Assembly (NCBI GenBank): GCA_048270185.1
Contig: JBLWTJ010000001.1
Coordinates: forward strand, 160,001-224,000
Reading direction: 5' to 3'
Source: Bacteriovoracaceae bacterium
GTDB lineage: Bacteria; Bdellovibrionota; Bacteriovoracia; Bacteriovoracales; Bacteriovoracaceae
DNA length: 64,000 nucleotides
Made by a program: the position numbers and the translations under genes
The notes under the pieces: generated by a model
The model's input: the letters and a program-made list of their open reading frames with translations, nothing else
Databases searched by the model: none
Told to the model about the DNA's origin: nothing
In this document: piece after piece, positions 49,036 to 59,461 of the stretch
Numbering within the stretch: position 1 is the stretch's first letter
How the letters are laid out: every line of letters starts with the position of its first letter

Positions 49036-49686
49036 TTATTTGCGTCTACTCTTTCTAACTTCTGCAATTTTCTTTAGAAGCCCGAAGGTATAGACCATGG
49101 CAGAGAAAATAGAAAATACAAATGAGACATAAATTAAGATTGTTCCTACTAGTGGATAGGAAAAGCCCCACGGTTTATCCCATGCCATAAGCATTGGAAT
49201 GGCCATCATTTGTAATGTAGTTTTCCACTTTCCGAGATTATTAACACTTACCTTCAATCCTTTTTCCATGGCAAGAAGGCGAAGTGCAGTCATATACATT
49301 TCTCTAAGCACAAGGACAATAACGACGATGACATTAATGCGCTCTAGTGATTGGAGTAGAATAAGAGAAGAGACAACTAAGAATTTATCTGCAATCGGAT
49401 CAAGGAAAGATCCAAAAACTGTAACAATATTTCTCTTTCTTGCGATGTATCCATCAAAGAAATCTGTTACTGAAGCAAGGACAAAAGTCCAAGCAGCAAT
49501 ATAGCCGAGTGTTTTAGTCGTTGCTTGAAAAATATTTTCTTCAAATAGACATAGATATAAAGTCAGACAAATAACAGGAATGAGGGCCACCCTGAAAACT
49601 GTTAGCCTATTAGGTAGATTATCAATCTCCCATTCGCTTAAAATTTCTTTTTCTGTGACACTAATTTGATTTTTATTTTCTGACAT
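49036..49686 (-). CDS. pgsA: CDP-diacylglycerol--glycerol-3-phosphate 3-phosphatidyltransferase
   Basis: NLPNRLT.FR, TDFFDGYIAR...FGSFLDPIADK, GKWKTTLQM. Confidence 0.92.
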   Translation of the reverse strand: MSENKNQISVTEKEILSEWEIDNLPNRLTVFRVALIPVICLTLYLCLFEENIFQATTKTLGYIAAWTFVLASVTDFFDGYIARKRNIVTVFGSFLDPIADKFLVVSSLILLQSLERINVIVVIVLVLREMYMTALRLLAMEKGLKVSVNNLGKWKTTLQMMAIPMLMAWDKPWGFSYPLVGTILIYVSFVFSIFSAMVYTFGLLKKIAEVRKSRRK

Positions 49687-49797
49687 AATTACTCAAAGAA
49701 AGATTTTCCTATTTATTAAACTTTAAACCTTACGGCCATAAACGTCTATAATAATTAACATAAATTCTAAAAAACAAAATAAAGGATAAGTAGTCTC

Positions 49798-50517
49798 ATG
49801 AAGAAGCATCTCAATCTAATCAAAACTGGTCATCAATCTATTGAAAAGCGTGTTTTTCCTCGTTTTCCTTTCAGTTACTTAGTTTTTAAAAGAGATGATA
49901 ACTCGATGAATTATCAAGTTAGAGATATTTCATACGGAGGAATGAGTCTAACTCTCAATGATGAGAGTGAACATGCCAAAATGGAAGATGAATTCTCTGG
50001 TGAGATCCATTGGTATGATCAAAAAGTAAATGTGAAATGCAAAGTGAAGCGTGTTGAAAAAGATAATCTTGGCCTTGAGTTCATTAAGGATGATATCTTT
50101 GATAAAACGCTACTCAACTTCCTGTCTGTTTCTAATGTATCGAGAAATCTAAGGCCAATCCATGAGTACGATGAGCAACTTGAGCTTCCAGTAGGACTTA
50201 AGACATGGCTTCGTTGTGATGGGCCGTTTGAAATCTTTGTTTGGCATCATCGAGATGGAGAAATATCTAAAATTCAAATTCTCATGATGAATTCAATTCT
50301 TGAATGGACTGATGGTGAAGGCCTACAGACTGGGAAAGTATTGAATGTGAGAAGCTCTGACAAGCCACTTACACATGAAGAAGAATTTGAATTCTTAATT
50401 GACTCACCACTAGATCATGAAAAGCTTGATTTTGCTAAAGAGTTAATTAATCACATCCCTGAAAGTTTAATTTCAGAAACTGATCTGCAGTTCTTAACGC
50501 GAAAGATCATTGGTTAG
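49798..50517 (+). CDS. PilZ-domain protein (c-di-GMP receptor)
   Basis: EKRVFPRFP (RxxxR) and DISYGG (DxSxxG). Confidence 0.82.
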   Translation: MKKHLNLIKTGHQSIEKRVFPRFPFSYLVFKRDDNSMNYQVRDISYGGMSLTLNDESEHAKMEDEFSGEIHWYDQKVNVKCKVKRVEKDNLGLEFIKDDIFDKTLLNFLSVSNVSRNLRPIHEYDEQLELPVGLKTWLRCDGPFEIFVWHHRDGEISKIQILMMNSILEWTDGEGLQTGKVLNVRSSDKPLTHEEEFEFLIDSPLDHEKLDFAKELINHIPESLISETDLQFLTRKIIG

Positions 50518-50603
50518 AACCTTTTTATTTTAAAAGGACGCTTTTCAATTGGGAATTAACTTCTTAAAATATAGCTAAATATTTTAAATTAAAAGGATTC
50601 CCA

Positions 50604-51557
50604 ATGAATAGAAATCTCGCTTTAGAATTTGTAAGAGTAACAGAAATGGCCGCTATCAATAGTGCTAGGCTTATGGGACGTGGTGATGAAAAAGCCGCTG
50701 ATCAAGCGGCCGTTGATGCCATGAGAACAATGCTTGACTCAGTTGACTGTAAGGCAACAGTTGTTATCGGTGAGGGAGAGCGTGATGAAGCTCCAATGCT
50801 CTACATTGGTGAAGAAGTTGGCTCTGGTAATGGACCGGAACTTGATATTGCTCTTGATCCACTAGAAGGAACTACTGTTTGTGCAAATGGTGGTTGGAAC
50901 TCAATTGCGGTAATGGCCATTGCTGAAAAAGGTAACTTCTTAAATGCTCCTGATACATATATGGAAAAGATCGCTGTTGGCCCTGAAGGCCGTGGCCTTA
51001 TCAATATTGACGATACTCCAGCAGAAAACTTAAAGAGACTTGCTGAAGCTAAGAAATGTCGTATTCAAGATTTAACAGCAGTTATTCTTGATCGTCCTCG
51101 TCATGAAGAATTAATCAGACAAGTAAGAGATGCCGGTGCTCGTATCCAACTTATTGGAGATGGCGATGTTTCAGCTGCAATTGCTTGTAGTGAACCAGAT
51201 TCTGGTATTGATATTCTCTTTGGTATTGGTGGTGCTCCTGAGGGCGTAATCGCTGCCGCTGCACTTAGATGTACTGGTGGTGACTTCCAAGGAAGATTAA
51301 AACCAAGAAATAATGAAGAAATTGAGCGCGCTAAGAAAATGGGTATTAACGATATTAATAAAGTTTATGCAATTGATGAACTTGCAGCAGGCCCTGTCAT
51401 GTTTTGTGCAACAGGTGTAACGGATGGCCACTTCTTAAATGGTGTTAAATTTAAATCATGGGGAGCGGTGACGGAATCAATTGTTATGAGAAGTCAGTCG
51501 GGTACAATTAGAAGAATAACTGCTGAACACAGATTTGATACTAAACCACGCTACTAA
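50604..51557 (+). CDS. glpX: Fructose-1,6-bisphosphatase class II
   Basis: VIGEGERDEAPML, DPLEGT, YMEK, DGDV, GGAPEGV, ATGVTDG. Confidence 0.97.
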   Translation: MNRNLALEFVRVTEMAAINSARLMGRGDEKAADQAAVDAMRTMLDSVDCKATVVIGEGERDEAPMLYIGEEVGSGNGPELDIALDPLEGTTVCANGGWNSIAVMAIAEKGNFLNAPDTYMEKIAVGPEGRGLINIDDTPAENLKRLAEAKKCRIQDLTAVILDRPRHEELIRQVRDAGARIQLIGDGDVSAAIACSEPDSGIDILFGIGGAPEGVIAAAALRCTGGDFQGRLKPRNNEEIERAKKMGINDINKVYAIDELAAGPVMFCATGVTDGHFLNGVKFKSWGAVTESIVMRSQSGTIRRITAEHRFDTKPRY

Positions 51558-51586
51558 TACATAGTTTAAAACAAGGAAGTTGAAAA

Positions 51587-52015
51587 ATGGCAAAGGCAAG
51601 CCGAACAGAAGTATTTAATGGACCAATTGAAAAGCTTTATAATGTAATTGCTGACTTTGAGTCGTACCCGGAGTTTGTTCTTGGTGTAAATGACATTAAA
51701 GTTCATGATATGAGTGAAACGAGTGGTGTTGTTGAGTATACGATCGATATGATTAAGAAGCTCAACTACAAATTAGATATGAAGCTTTCTCGTCCAACAA
51801 ATGTTGAGTGGACATTTAAAAGTGGTGATCTTTTTAAGACAAATTCAGGTGGTTGGCAGCTTAAGGACCTAGGTGATGGTAAGACTGAGGTAACTTACAG
51901 TCTTGAAATTGAAGTCAAAGGCTTCATTCCTGGTTCTAAGATGATTGTTAATAAATTAACAGAAACCTCTCTACCATCAATGATGAAGAGTTTCTTTGAT
52001 CGAGCGAGTAAGTAA
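51587..52015 (+). CDS. SRPBCC/START (RatA/CoQ10-like) protein
   Basis: LYNVIADFESYPEFV, GGWQL, TEVTYSL. Confidence 0.85.
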   Translation: MAKASRTEVFNGPIEKLYNVIADFESYPEFVLGVNDIKVHDMSETSGVVEYTIDMIKKLNYKLDMKLSRPTNVEWTFKSGDLFKTNSGGWQLKDLGDGKTEVTYSLEIEVKGFIPGSKMIVNKLTETSLPSMMKSFFDRASK

Positions 52016-52338
52016 TGAGCGAAGACCACAAGAGCGATAAGAAAGAAGGTTTACTAGGTGATACGATAAAGAAGGTTGTTTCTATCGGAATCGGTGCGGC
52101 CTTTATGACTGAAGAATCTGTTAAAAAGGTTCTCGAAGATCTTCCTCTACCTAAAGATATCGTCTCAGGTCTATTATCAAATGCTAAGAAATCTAAAGAA
52201 GACTTTATTGAGTCTGTTCGAGGTGAGCTTAGGCACTATCTAAAAACAGTTGATCCAAAAGTAATCATTGAATCTATTCTTGAAGATTATGAAATCAATG
52301 TTTCTTTTAAAAAGAAAAAGTCGAACACAAAAAAATAA
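52015..52338 (+). CDS. Hypothetical protein (phasin-like N-terminus)
   Basis: IKKVVSIGIGAAFMTEE; translationally coupled (TAATG) on both sides. Confidence 0.65.
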   Translation: MSEDHKSDKKEGLLGDTIKKVVSIGIGAAFMTEESVKKVLEDLPLPKDIVSGLLSNAKKSKEDFIESVRGELRHYLKTVDPKVIIESILEDYEINVSFKKKKSNTKK

Positions 52339-52979
52339 TGTCTTCACAAATTAAAGAAAATTATCAAGAAATTGTAACGGCCATTGGAGATAAGAATAAG
52401 CTAATGGCCGTTACAAAATATAGTGATTTTAAAGAAATTAAAACTGTTTACGACCTTGGTCATCGTGACTTTGGTGAGAATCGAATTGAATCACTTATGC
52501 CCAAAGCACTTCAAGCAAAGTCCTTGGGACTTAATGATATTCGCTGGCATTTCATCGGAAATATTCAGTCAAATAAGATTGCAAAAATCTGTGAGGTTCC
52601 AAATCTTTCAAGTGTGCAATCAATTGATTCTCTTAAACACCTAAAGCTCTTTTCCAAAAATCTTAGTTCAACTTGTGACTTCTATATTCAAGTTAATACT
52701 AGTGAAGAGGAACAAAAAGGTGGCCTGTGGCAATTAGATGATGTGAAAAATCTCATTGAAGAGGCCCATAAATTACCAAATATTGTTATCAAAGGGCTAA
52801 TGACCATGGCACAAGCACATGGGCTCGCACCACGTGTCTCGTTTCAAAGACTCGTGGATATAAGGGATGCCATCGATCCATCACTTAAGCTTTCAATGGG
52901 GATGAGTGGTGATATGCATGATGCTCTTGAGCTAGGTAGTGACTGCATTCGCGTCGGAAGCGCTATTTTCAAGTCCTAA
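52338..52979 (+). CDS. yggS: PLP homeostasis protein YggS
   Basis: AVTK, FGENR, WHFIGNIQSNK, QVN, GLMTM, LSMGMSGD, RVGSAIF. Confidence 0.93.
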   Translation: MSSQIKENYQEIVTAIGDKNKLMAVTKYSDFKEIKTVYDLGHRDFGENRIESLMPKALQAKSLGLNDIRWHFIGNIQSNKIAKICEVPNLSSVQSIDSLKHLKLFSKNLSSTCDFYIQVNTSEEEQKGGLWQLDDVKNLIEEAHKLPNIVIKGLMTMAQAHGLAPRVSFQRLVDIRDAIDPSLKLSMGMSGDMHDALELGSDCIRVGSAIFKS

Positions 52980-53138
52980 TTTTTGTATCTTTATTATCTA
53001 ATTTATACACTTCGCATTCTAACATGTTGTAATTATAATAATTATTAGTTTGAACTAATGATAACGCTGGTTGACGTCATTTTATGCGCAATGTAGATGT
53101 TATTTATACGAATTAAAATCAATCTTTTGGAGAGCCTT

Positions 53139-54080
53139 ATGAGCGAAAGAAGAGTACCAGAATTAAGCCTAACATCTTACACACAAGGAAGCGCAAGCGA
53201 CCAAGTTCAATTTGTTGATACATTAATGTACGGATTAAAAGAGTACGGATTTGTTATTCTTAATGATCATACAGTTGATCAAAACAAAGTTGATGAAGCA
53301 TACGATATGGTAAAGAAGTTCTTCTCTCTACCTGTTGAGACAAAGCTTAACTACCAAGGTGAAAACGGTGGCCAACGTGGTTACACTCCATTTGGAATGG
53401 AGCACGCTAAAGATAGTAAGCACCCAGACCTTAAAGAGTTCTGGCATGTTGGGCGTGAGCTAGCTGCTACTTCTCAGTATAAAGGTGTATACCCAGAAAA
53501 TATTTGGCCTGCTGAAGTTGAAGGCTTTAAAGAAAAATTCCTATCTTTATATGAGTCAATGGATGCAACAGCTAATATCTTACTTGAAGCAATCGGAAAA
53601 GGACTTGATGTACCAGAAGGCTTCTTTGCAGATATGGTAAATGATGGAAATTCAATTCTAAGAACAATTCATTATCCACCAACAACAGGGCATGATACAA
53701 CAAATTCAATTAGAGCTGGTGCACACGAAGATATCAACCTTATTACAATGTTAGTAGGAGCGACTTCTTCAGGTTTACAGCTACTAGACCGTGATGGAAC
53801 TTGGCTAGATGTAAGTTCAAAGCCAGGACAACTTGTGGTTGACTCAGGGGATATGATGGCAAGATTAACTAATAATCTACTTCCTGCCACTACTCATAGA
53901 GTAATTAATCCAGATAACTCTGGTGAAGAGAGATATTCAATGCCATACTTCGTGCACCCACACTCGAATGCTTCCCTTGCTTGCCTTGAAAGCTGTATTG
54001 GTGAAGGAAAGAAGTGGGATGACATCACTGCAGGTGACTTTCTAAATCAAAGACTTAGAGAAATCGGTCTTATTAAATAA
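53139..54080 (+). CDS. 2-oxoglutarate/Fe(II) dioxygenase, isopenicillin N synthase family
   Basis: GGQRGY, DLKEF, HEDINL (HxD), THRV, RYS; GGAG RBS before ATG 53139. Confidence 0.9.
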   Translation: MSERRVPELSLTSYTQGSASDQVQFVDTLMYGLKEYGFVILNDHTVDQNKVDEAYDMVKKFFSLPVETKLNYQGENGGQRGYTPFGMEHAKDSKHPDLKEFWHVGRELAATSQYKGVYPENIWPAEVEGFKEKFLSLYESMDATANILLEAIGKGLDVPEGFFADMVNDGNSILRTIHYPPTTGHDTTNSIRAGAHEDINLITMLVGATSSGLQLLDRDGTWLDVSSKPGQLVVDSGDMMARLTNNLLPATTHRVINPDNSGEERYSMPYFVHPHSNASLACLESCIGEGKKWDDITAGDFLNQRLREIGLIK

Positions 54081-54128
54081 GCAAATTACTGGGGAATAAC
54101 CAGGACAACAACACTACGAATATCAAAG

Positions 54129-54157
54129 GCCTCCCTCACTGATGGAGGCTTTTTTTT
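54129..54157 (+). terminator. Intrinsic terminator
   Basis: GCCTCC-loop-GGAGGC followed by T8. Confidence 0.8.
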
Positions 54158-54221
54158 GTTCACCTGTCTAAATTGTGAACACTCTCAAACTTATAATTGC
54201 CTAAATTCATAACATTTATTG

Positions 54222-54237
54222 TGGCATCTCCTTTGCA
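54222..54237 (+). promoter_or_regulatory. Putative sigma54 promoter
   Basis: TGGCAT-CTCCT-TTGCA, exact GG-N10-GC spacing. Confidence 0.6.
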
Positions 54238-54248
54238 TCATGTACCTC

Positions 54249-56051
54249 ATGCAAAACCTTAAGAAGATATCGACAGTGATGTGGATGCTATTCACACTAA
54301 CTCTTTTAAACCTAACATCAGCTCAGGCATCATATGATGTAGCGATTAAGCGTGAAGTTCTAGAGGCCAAGCGTGTATCTCGTAAAGTAATAGGTCGCTT
54401 GAGGCAATTATCTGGTCACAGTAATCAAACTGAGCGCCAGAGGGATTTCGAACAAGCGTACTTCGTTTATCGTAAGATCAATTCTACTATAAGAAAGTTT
54501 CATAAACATGTCCTAAAAAAGGATCGTCTTGGAACAGATGCCAATGGTGAATACAGTGAAGACCAAGTTATAAAGGATCTATCTGAATATATAAATGAGG
54601 TTGCAAATGGCCTTGTCGCATTTGCTGAACTTGATGGATATAAGAAGCTACCATCTTCAAGACGCTTAATGGTGTCTCAAATTGCCGTGACAATAGATAC
54701 TTTAGTTGAGTACCTGAGAGAGGATGATATTATTATTTCTCTACCAAAAGAATTTGATTCATTAGCAAGTACATACCGTCGCCAAGAAGAATTCTTAGAA
54801 AATAAGCAAGAAATTTTAGGTGATTACTTTGATGCTAAAGATGCCTTTGAAGAGGGAATTGAGCAATTACGTGAATTTGTAAAAAAATATATAAAGCGCA
54901 ATCACGGTCCTAATAAGGACGATCATCGCATATATACTAGCGAGTCTTATGACTATATCAATTATCGTCGTCTAGCGCGCAAGCTTGTCAAAGAACTTGA
55001 AGACTTCGACGTTAACTCAACAAAGACTTTTGCAAGCATCTCAGAAAAAGTGTCTAAAATGCAACACTTAGTAAACTTTTCACGAACTAATACAAAAAAT
55101 GCCAAAGTCCTTCTAAATCATGTTAACAAGCTTTTCAATAAGTTTTCTTTAGAGCTGTCTAAAGTTAATTCAAAGATCGTGCACAAGCCGATCCAAGCGA
55201 CTTTAGGTGTTAAAGAAGTTGAGTTTGACTATTACCGTGCAACTCAAGTGTGTTCAATGCTTGGTGGACCGGGAGATATTCTTTTAAGACGAGCTATTGA
55301 AACTGATATTGACCTCTTTGAAGACTTTAGCCCAAGAACTTCAGGGGCCATTAAGTTGGTTGAATTTTTAAAGTTTAACGATCGTCAGCTAGATTTTAGA
55401 CACGCAGAAGTTATTACTGAAATTGAGCGTGATACTAATATTTCGACAGTAGGCTTTTACCCATTAAGTTTTAACTGGGGAAAAGATGAAGAAGATAAGA
55501 TGCCTCCTTTTATTGAAATATCAAAGGGCTATCGCAAATGTCACTCAGATGGTTGTGACACTTATAGCGACTACCGTACTAATTTTGCTTGGCTAAGTAT
55601 TAATGAAAAGACGGCCAAGAAGGTAACAAGAAAGAAGGAGAAGGCCTTAAGCAAGGTAGCAAAGAAGGAAAAATACTCGAAACTAGGTGTTTGTTCTGAC
55701 TTCGTTAACTGGGCCTTTGGCAATGTTATTTCTTCTAATTGGAATCGTATTCCAATACTTAGAAATCTTATTCAGATTATTTACCCTCCAGAAGGGCTTC
55801 AGACTCCAGATAATCTCTACGAGTCTTATAAAACAAATGTGGTGTGTGAAGTAGAAAATAGAAAACTTACATATCCTGAATATGTGAATGCTCACACTTT
55901 AAAAGAGCAAGTGCTTAGAGATCTTAATTCTAAAAATGTTGAGATCAGCACACATGCTAAGAATACTTTAAATAAGTTAATTAAAGAAAATATTATGGAT
56001 GAAGAATTAAACCTAAACTACGACGTAATCAATTTTAAAACTTATAAATAA
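54249..56051 (+). CDS. Secreted protein: helical N-terminal region plus permuted papain-like (NlpC/P60, YiiX/YaeF-type) domain
   Basis: Signal peptide ending AQA; GPGDILL ... RHAEVI ... VCSDFVNWAF ... TPDNL with His before Cys. Confidence 0.65.
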   Translation: MQNLKKISTVMWMLFTLTLLNLTSAQASYDVAIKREVLEAKRVSRKVIGRLRQLSGHSNQTERQRDFEQAYFVYRKINSTIRKFHKHVLKKDRLGTDANGEYSEDQVIKDLSEYINEVANGLVAFAELDGYKKLPSSRRLMVSQIAVTIDTLVEYLREDDIIISLPKEFDSLASTYRRQEEFLENKQEILGDYFDAKDAFEEGIEQLREFVKKYIKRNHGPNKDDHRIYTSESYDYINYRRLARKLVKELEDFDVNSTKTFASISEKVSKMQHLVNFSRTNTKNAKVLLNHVNKLFNKFSLELSKVNSKIVHKPIQATLGVKEVEFDYYRATQVCSMLGGPGDILLRRAIETDIDLFEDFSPRTSGAIKLVEFLKFNDRQLDFRHAEVITEIERDTNISTVGFYPLSFNWGKDEEDKMPPFIEISKGYRKCHSDGCDTYSDYRTNFAWLSINEKTAKKVTRKKEKALSKVAKKEKYSKLGVCSDFVNWAFGNVISSNWNRIPILRNLIQIIYPPEGLQTPDNLYESYKTNVVCEVENRKLTYPEYVNAHTLKEQVLRDLNSKNVEISTHAKNTLNKLIKENIMDEELNLNYDVINFKTYK

Positions 56052-56075
56052 GTTTTAGAGAGAACAAAAGGGAGA

Positions 56076-58496
56076 ATGACAATGAGTAAAAAGAGAAAAC
56101 TATTAATCGCAGCTTTCTTGATGACACAAGCTCCTGCAGTACTTGCAGACTACTACCGTTCATCAATTGAGGGTATTTCTTTAGATGGTACGTACACGCC
56201 AGAAAACCTAAGTAATATCTCGAAAACTGTATGTAAGAAAGTTTATGACGATCCTCAAATGGATAAAGAGCATACTCAAATGTGTGAGCGTGGTGTTCAA
56301 TCAGCTCAACGTATGGCCGCTGTATACGCTGCTGGTGAAGGGACACACCTTGGTTGTGTTGACGGTTACCAACAAGGTGTTTACCGTGGATACAACACAA
56401 CATCTAATCCATCAATTGATGTTTTAAGAGAAGAGCAAAGAGCACTTAAAGGTGTAACTCTTGAAAATGCAGTTGCTCGCGGTAAGGTAAAAGCTTCTAA
56501 AGATTCACGTCACTCAACTGAAGGTGAAATTATTAAGCGCTTTAGAGATAATATTAGATCATCAAGTAATGATTCAATCCAAGCTCCAAGTGATGATTAC
56601 TCTGATATCCTAAAAGTACCTCGTTTTGAAGGTTTCTCAGATGGATATGCTGCAGATGGAAAAGGTGGATCATTCAGTGATGTTATCAACGCTGGTTGGG
56701 TTTCTTCAAGCTCATCAATTAATAAGAGAATCCAAGCTCGTGCAGTAGCAAGACAGTTTGGAATTAACTCAAACCTTTCAGATAAGTGTTCATCAACACC
56801 TATTCTATTTAATAAAGGTCTTCACACAGTATCAATGTGGTCACTATTCTCAGCTTATGGAGAGTATAACTTCAAAGATTACGGTTGGAAGTCAACTTCA
56901 CGTGCATGGACAAAGTTCCAAACATCTGAAGAGCAAGAAGCAATCGCTTTTAGAAATATCCAGGATGTTAAAGAGCAAAAGCAAGTTCAAGATGGTTACC
57001 ACAAGAAAAGTGTAGCAGTTGAGATTGATGAGATCGATCCTGCAACTGGGCAACCAACAGGTAAGAAAGTTGTAAAAAGAGATGCAAACGGAAATATCGT
57101 ATACACTCAAGTTGATGATCTTTCGAGACCAAAATTTAAAACGGTATACGTAACTGTACCTGGTAAATCAGCAAAAGATCTTAAAGCAGTATATGAAGAC
57201 GCATTCTCTGAGTCATACAGAAATCTTGCAAAAGAGCACTTCGGTAAAGCATTCATATCGACGCACACTATGGCCCGTCGTATGGGGGAGGACGCTGGTA
57301 AAGCAGTTGGTCTTATCGTAGCAAGAGACGCAGCTAAGCAACAAGCTTATGATGATGCTTACAAAGCACAATCTGCTGTTTCATTTGCAAAAGAGTACGA
57401 AAACCTATTTAAGACTTCATGGTTTAACAACTTTAACTACTTTGCAAATAACCCAATGGTTGAAATCACTGAGTTTGAACTTGTTGGTGATGGAAATGGT
57501 ATCTTTACTCGTGGTGAAGAACTTAAAGCTAGACTTGGTCTAAACAATCTAGGTCTTAAGTCTGGTCAAGTAAAAGTATCTCTTGATTCTGCTTCATTTG
57601 AAACAGGTAGCTCAAGATCTGACTATGTACAAGCTCCAGCTTCTCTTGGGTTTGACTATGTTTCAAATAAATCACTTGGAAAGCTTAAGGATAGCTTAAA
57701 TGTATTCGATAGAGCAAACCTTGTAATTTCAATTGATGGAACAGATATTAAGAAAGTATACGCTCTTAAAAGCTCTGCTGATAAGACTGTTACGATTCAA
57801 GACGTTGCTCAAATTGAAAAAACAAATGTTGAAGTTACTTCTACGATTGCAGGTGATGCAACAGTTTTCGTAAATGTTCACAACCCATCAAACACAGAAA
57901 CATCATCTTCTGTTGATATTGTTGTAACAACGAACCATGGTCTAACTTTTAGAACAAGTGCAACTGCTCTTAAAGCTGGTGAGTCAAAGAGAATTCCAGT
58001 ACGTGTAACTGGTCTTGATCCACTAGATATCATTAAGAAAGGTGTTGGTGGGACTGCTACTTCATCTGTCGGTGGAAGAGTAATGAACACAGTTAACACT
58101 GGTACTGCAACTGTAAACAGAGCTAAAGAAATCGCTAACTACTTCAATGAAGTACTTATCGGTGGAACTAATAACTTTGGTGACGAAGATAGAGACGGTA
58201 GAACACAAACTTTGATTGATCTAATTCTACGTGAGACAAGCGATATTGCTGATAAGCACTTTGATTGGGATGATTCAAGCGCAGTATCAAGAACAATTCT
58301 TGGTAATATGATGAGAGTTTACAAGGCATCATCTGCAGCAGGAAGAATGACTGACGAAGCTAGAAATATCTACGCTGATCTTGCTCAAGATTTAGAAAAA
58401 GAATACAAAGATGTTGGTGGATACAAAGATTACGTAAAAAACCTAGAAGTATTCAATAAGAAGCTTAAGACTCGTAAGAAGAAAGATCGTAAATAA
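56076..58496 (+). CDS. Large secreted hypothetical protein (helical N-half, Ig/CARDB-like beta domains)
   Basis: AGGGAG RBS, signal peptide ending VLA, LNNLG...VKVSL and VHNPS...VDIVV beta-sandwich patterns, strongly biased codon use. Confidence 0.75.
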   Translation: MTMSKKRKLLIAAFLMTQAPAVLADYYRSSIEGISLDGTYTPENLSNISKTVCKKVYDDPQMDKEHTQMCERGVQSAQRMAAVYAAGEGTHLGCVDGYQQGVYRGYNTTSNPSIDVLREEQRALKGVTLENAVARGKVKASKDSRHSTEGEIIKRFRDNIRSSSNDSIQAPSDDYSDILKVPRFEGFSDGYAADGKGGSFSDVINAGWVSSSSSINKRIQARAVARQFGINSNLSDKCSSTPILFNKGLHTVSMWSLFSAYGEYNFKDYGWKSTSRAWTKFQTSEEQEAIAFRNIQDVKEQKQVQDGYHKKSVAVEIDEIDPATGQPTGKKVVKRDANGNIVYTQVDDLSRPKFKTVYVTVPGKSAKDLKAVYEDAFSESYRNLAKEHFGKAFISTHTMARRMGEDAGKAVGLIVARDAAKQQAYDDAYKAQSAVSFAKEYENLFKTSWFNNFNYFANNPMVEITEFELVGDGNGIFTRGEELKARLGLNNLGLKSGQVKVSLDSASFETGSSRSDYVQAPASLGFDYVSNKSLGKLKDSLNVFDRANLVISIDGTDIKKVYALKSSADKTVTIQDVAQIEKTNVEVTSTIAGDATVFVNVHNPSNTETSSSVDIVVTTNHGLTFRTSATALKAGESKRIPVRVTGLDPLDIIKKGVGGTATSSVGGRVMNTVNTGTATVNRAKEIANYFNEVLIGGTNNFGDEDRDGRTQTLIDLILRETSDIADKHFDWDDSSAVSRTILGNMMRVYKASSAAGRMTDEARNIYADLAQDLEKEYKDVGGYKDYVKNLEVFNKKLKTRKKKDRK

Positions 58497-58513
58497 TAAG
58501 ATCGATAAAAAAG

Positions 58514-58541
58514 AAAGGCCCGCATCTTGCGGGCCTTTTTT
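58514..58541. terminator. Bidirectional intrinsic terminator
   Basis: AAAGGCCCGCA-TCT-TGCGGGCCTTTTTT between convergent genes. Confidence 0.88.
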
Positions 58542-58567
58542 ATTTGGTAATAATTTCTTTTAAAGAA

Positions 58568-59461
58568 TTATTGAGCGTCAACTACTGTTTGACCTGGCTT
58601 GAACCAACATAGTGGTCTTAGACCAGTTTCGAAGTTTTCACTTCTGTTACAAGTACCGATGTTAGCATCGTCCTTTGAAACATCTGTGTAAGCGTCAACT
58701 GTACAAAGTGCACCTTGGAAGTAAGTATCAAGACGACATTGTGGAGCTGGGTGATTGTGATTAGTAGTTGTAACAACTGCTGGATCTGGAGTATCAAACT
58801 TAAGCTCAGTAGTCATGCTTCTTAGCGCTCTAAAAAGGTTAGCTAGTGACATACCTGCCATTGAACCTCTTAAACACATTGCATATTCATTTTCGTTAGA
58901 GAAGTTCTTAGCACATGCTTCAGTAGCAACAGCTGGAACTTCAACTTCACTCATGATTGAAGTGTTGTCATCGTTTTCCATGAATTTTCTTAGACACTTA
59001 GAAGTACCGAAGTAATCAGCTTGACCTTCGTTAGATGCCCATGAAGTACCACCAAACCAGCTAGACTTCTTTGGAGCTCCACCTAGGTGGTGACCAAGTT
59101 CGTGACAAACAACAGTAGCAAATCCGTCTCTAGTGATTGTTTCGTGTCTTGCAAGACCACCAAACATACTAACACGCCAAGTGTTTCCAGACTGTTGAGC
59201 GTAAGCGTTAACAGTTCCGTCTTCCCACTTTCTTTCGATTACTAAAGTTTTACCTCTTTCTGCGATGATTGGAGCATAGATCGCTTCAATTTTATCAATA
59301 ATGTCGTTGAACTCAGTTTCTGAAATTGAGTTAACACTTTTTACATTTGATGGAATCCAAAGATTATTATCTTCAACGATTCCTGTCTTACCGTGCTCGT
59401 CACATGCGAATGAAAAAGTCGATACACATGCAAGTAGTAGAGCTAAAATTCCTTTTTTCAA
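58568..59461 (-). CDS. Secreted zinc metalloprotease (M48-like), Cys-rich
   Basis: VNAYA, CHELGHH, NEGQADYF, HPAPQCR. TTG start at 59461 follows GGAGG and gives signal peptide KKGILALLLACVSTFSFA. Confidence 0.8.
   Translation of the reverse strand: MKKGILALLLACVSTFSFACDEHGKTGIVEDNNLWIPSNVKSVNSISETEFNDIIDKIEAIYAPIIAERGKTLVIERKWEDGTVNAYAQQSGNTWRVSMFGGLARHETITRDGFATVVCHELGHHLGGAPKKSSWFGGTSWASNEGQADYFGTSKCLRKFMENDDNTSIMSEVEVPAVATEACAKNFSNENEYAMCLRGSMAGMSLANLFRALRSMTTELKFDTPDPAVVTTTNHNHPAPQCRLDTYFQGALCTVDAYTDVSKDDANIGTCNRSENFETGLRPLCWFKPGQTVVDAQ

Noticed and set aside
53139..54080. Beta-lactam biosynthesis (IPNS)
   Set aside because: Generic 2OG-Fe(II) oxygenase; no ACV synthetase or other cluster genes nearby.
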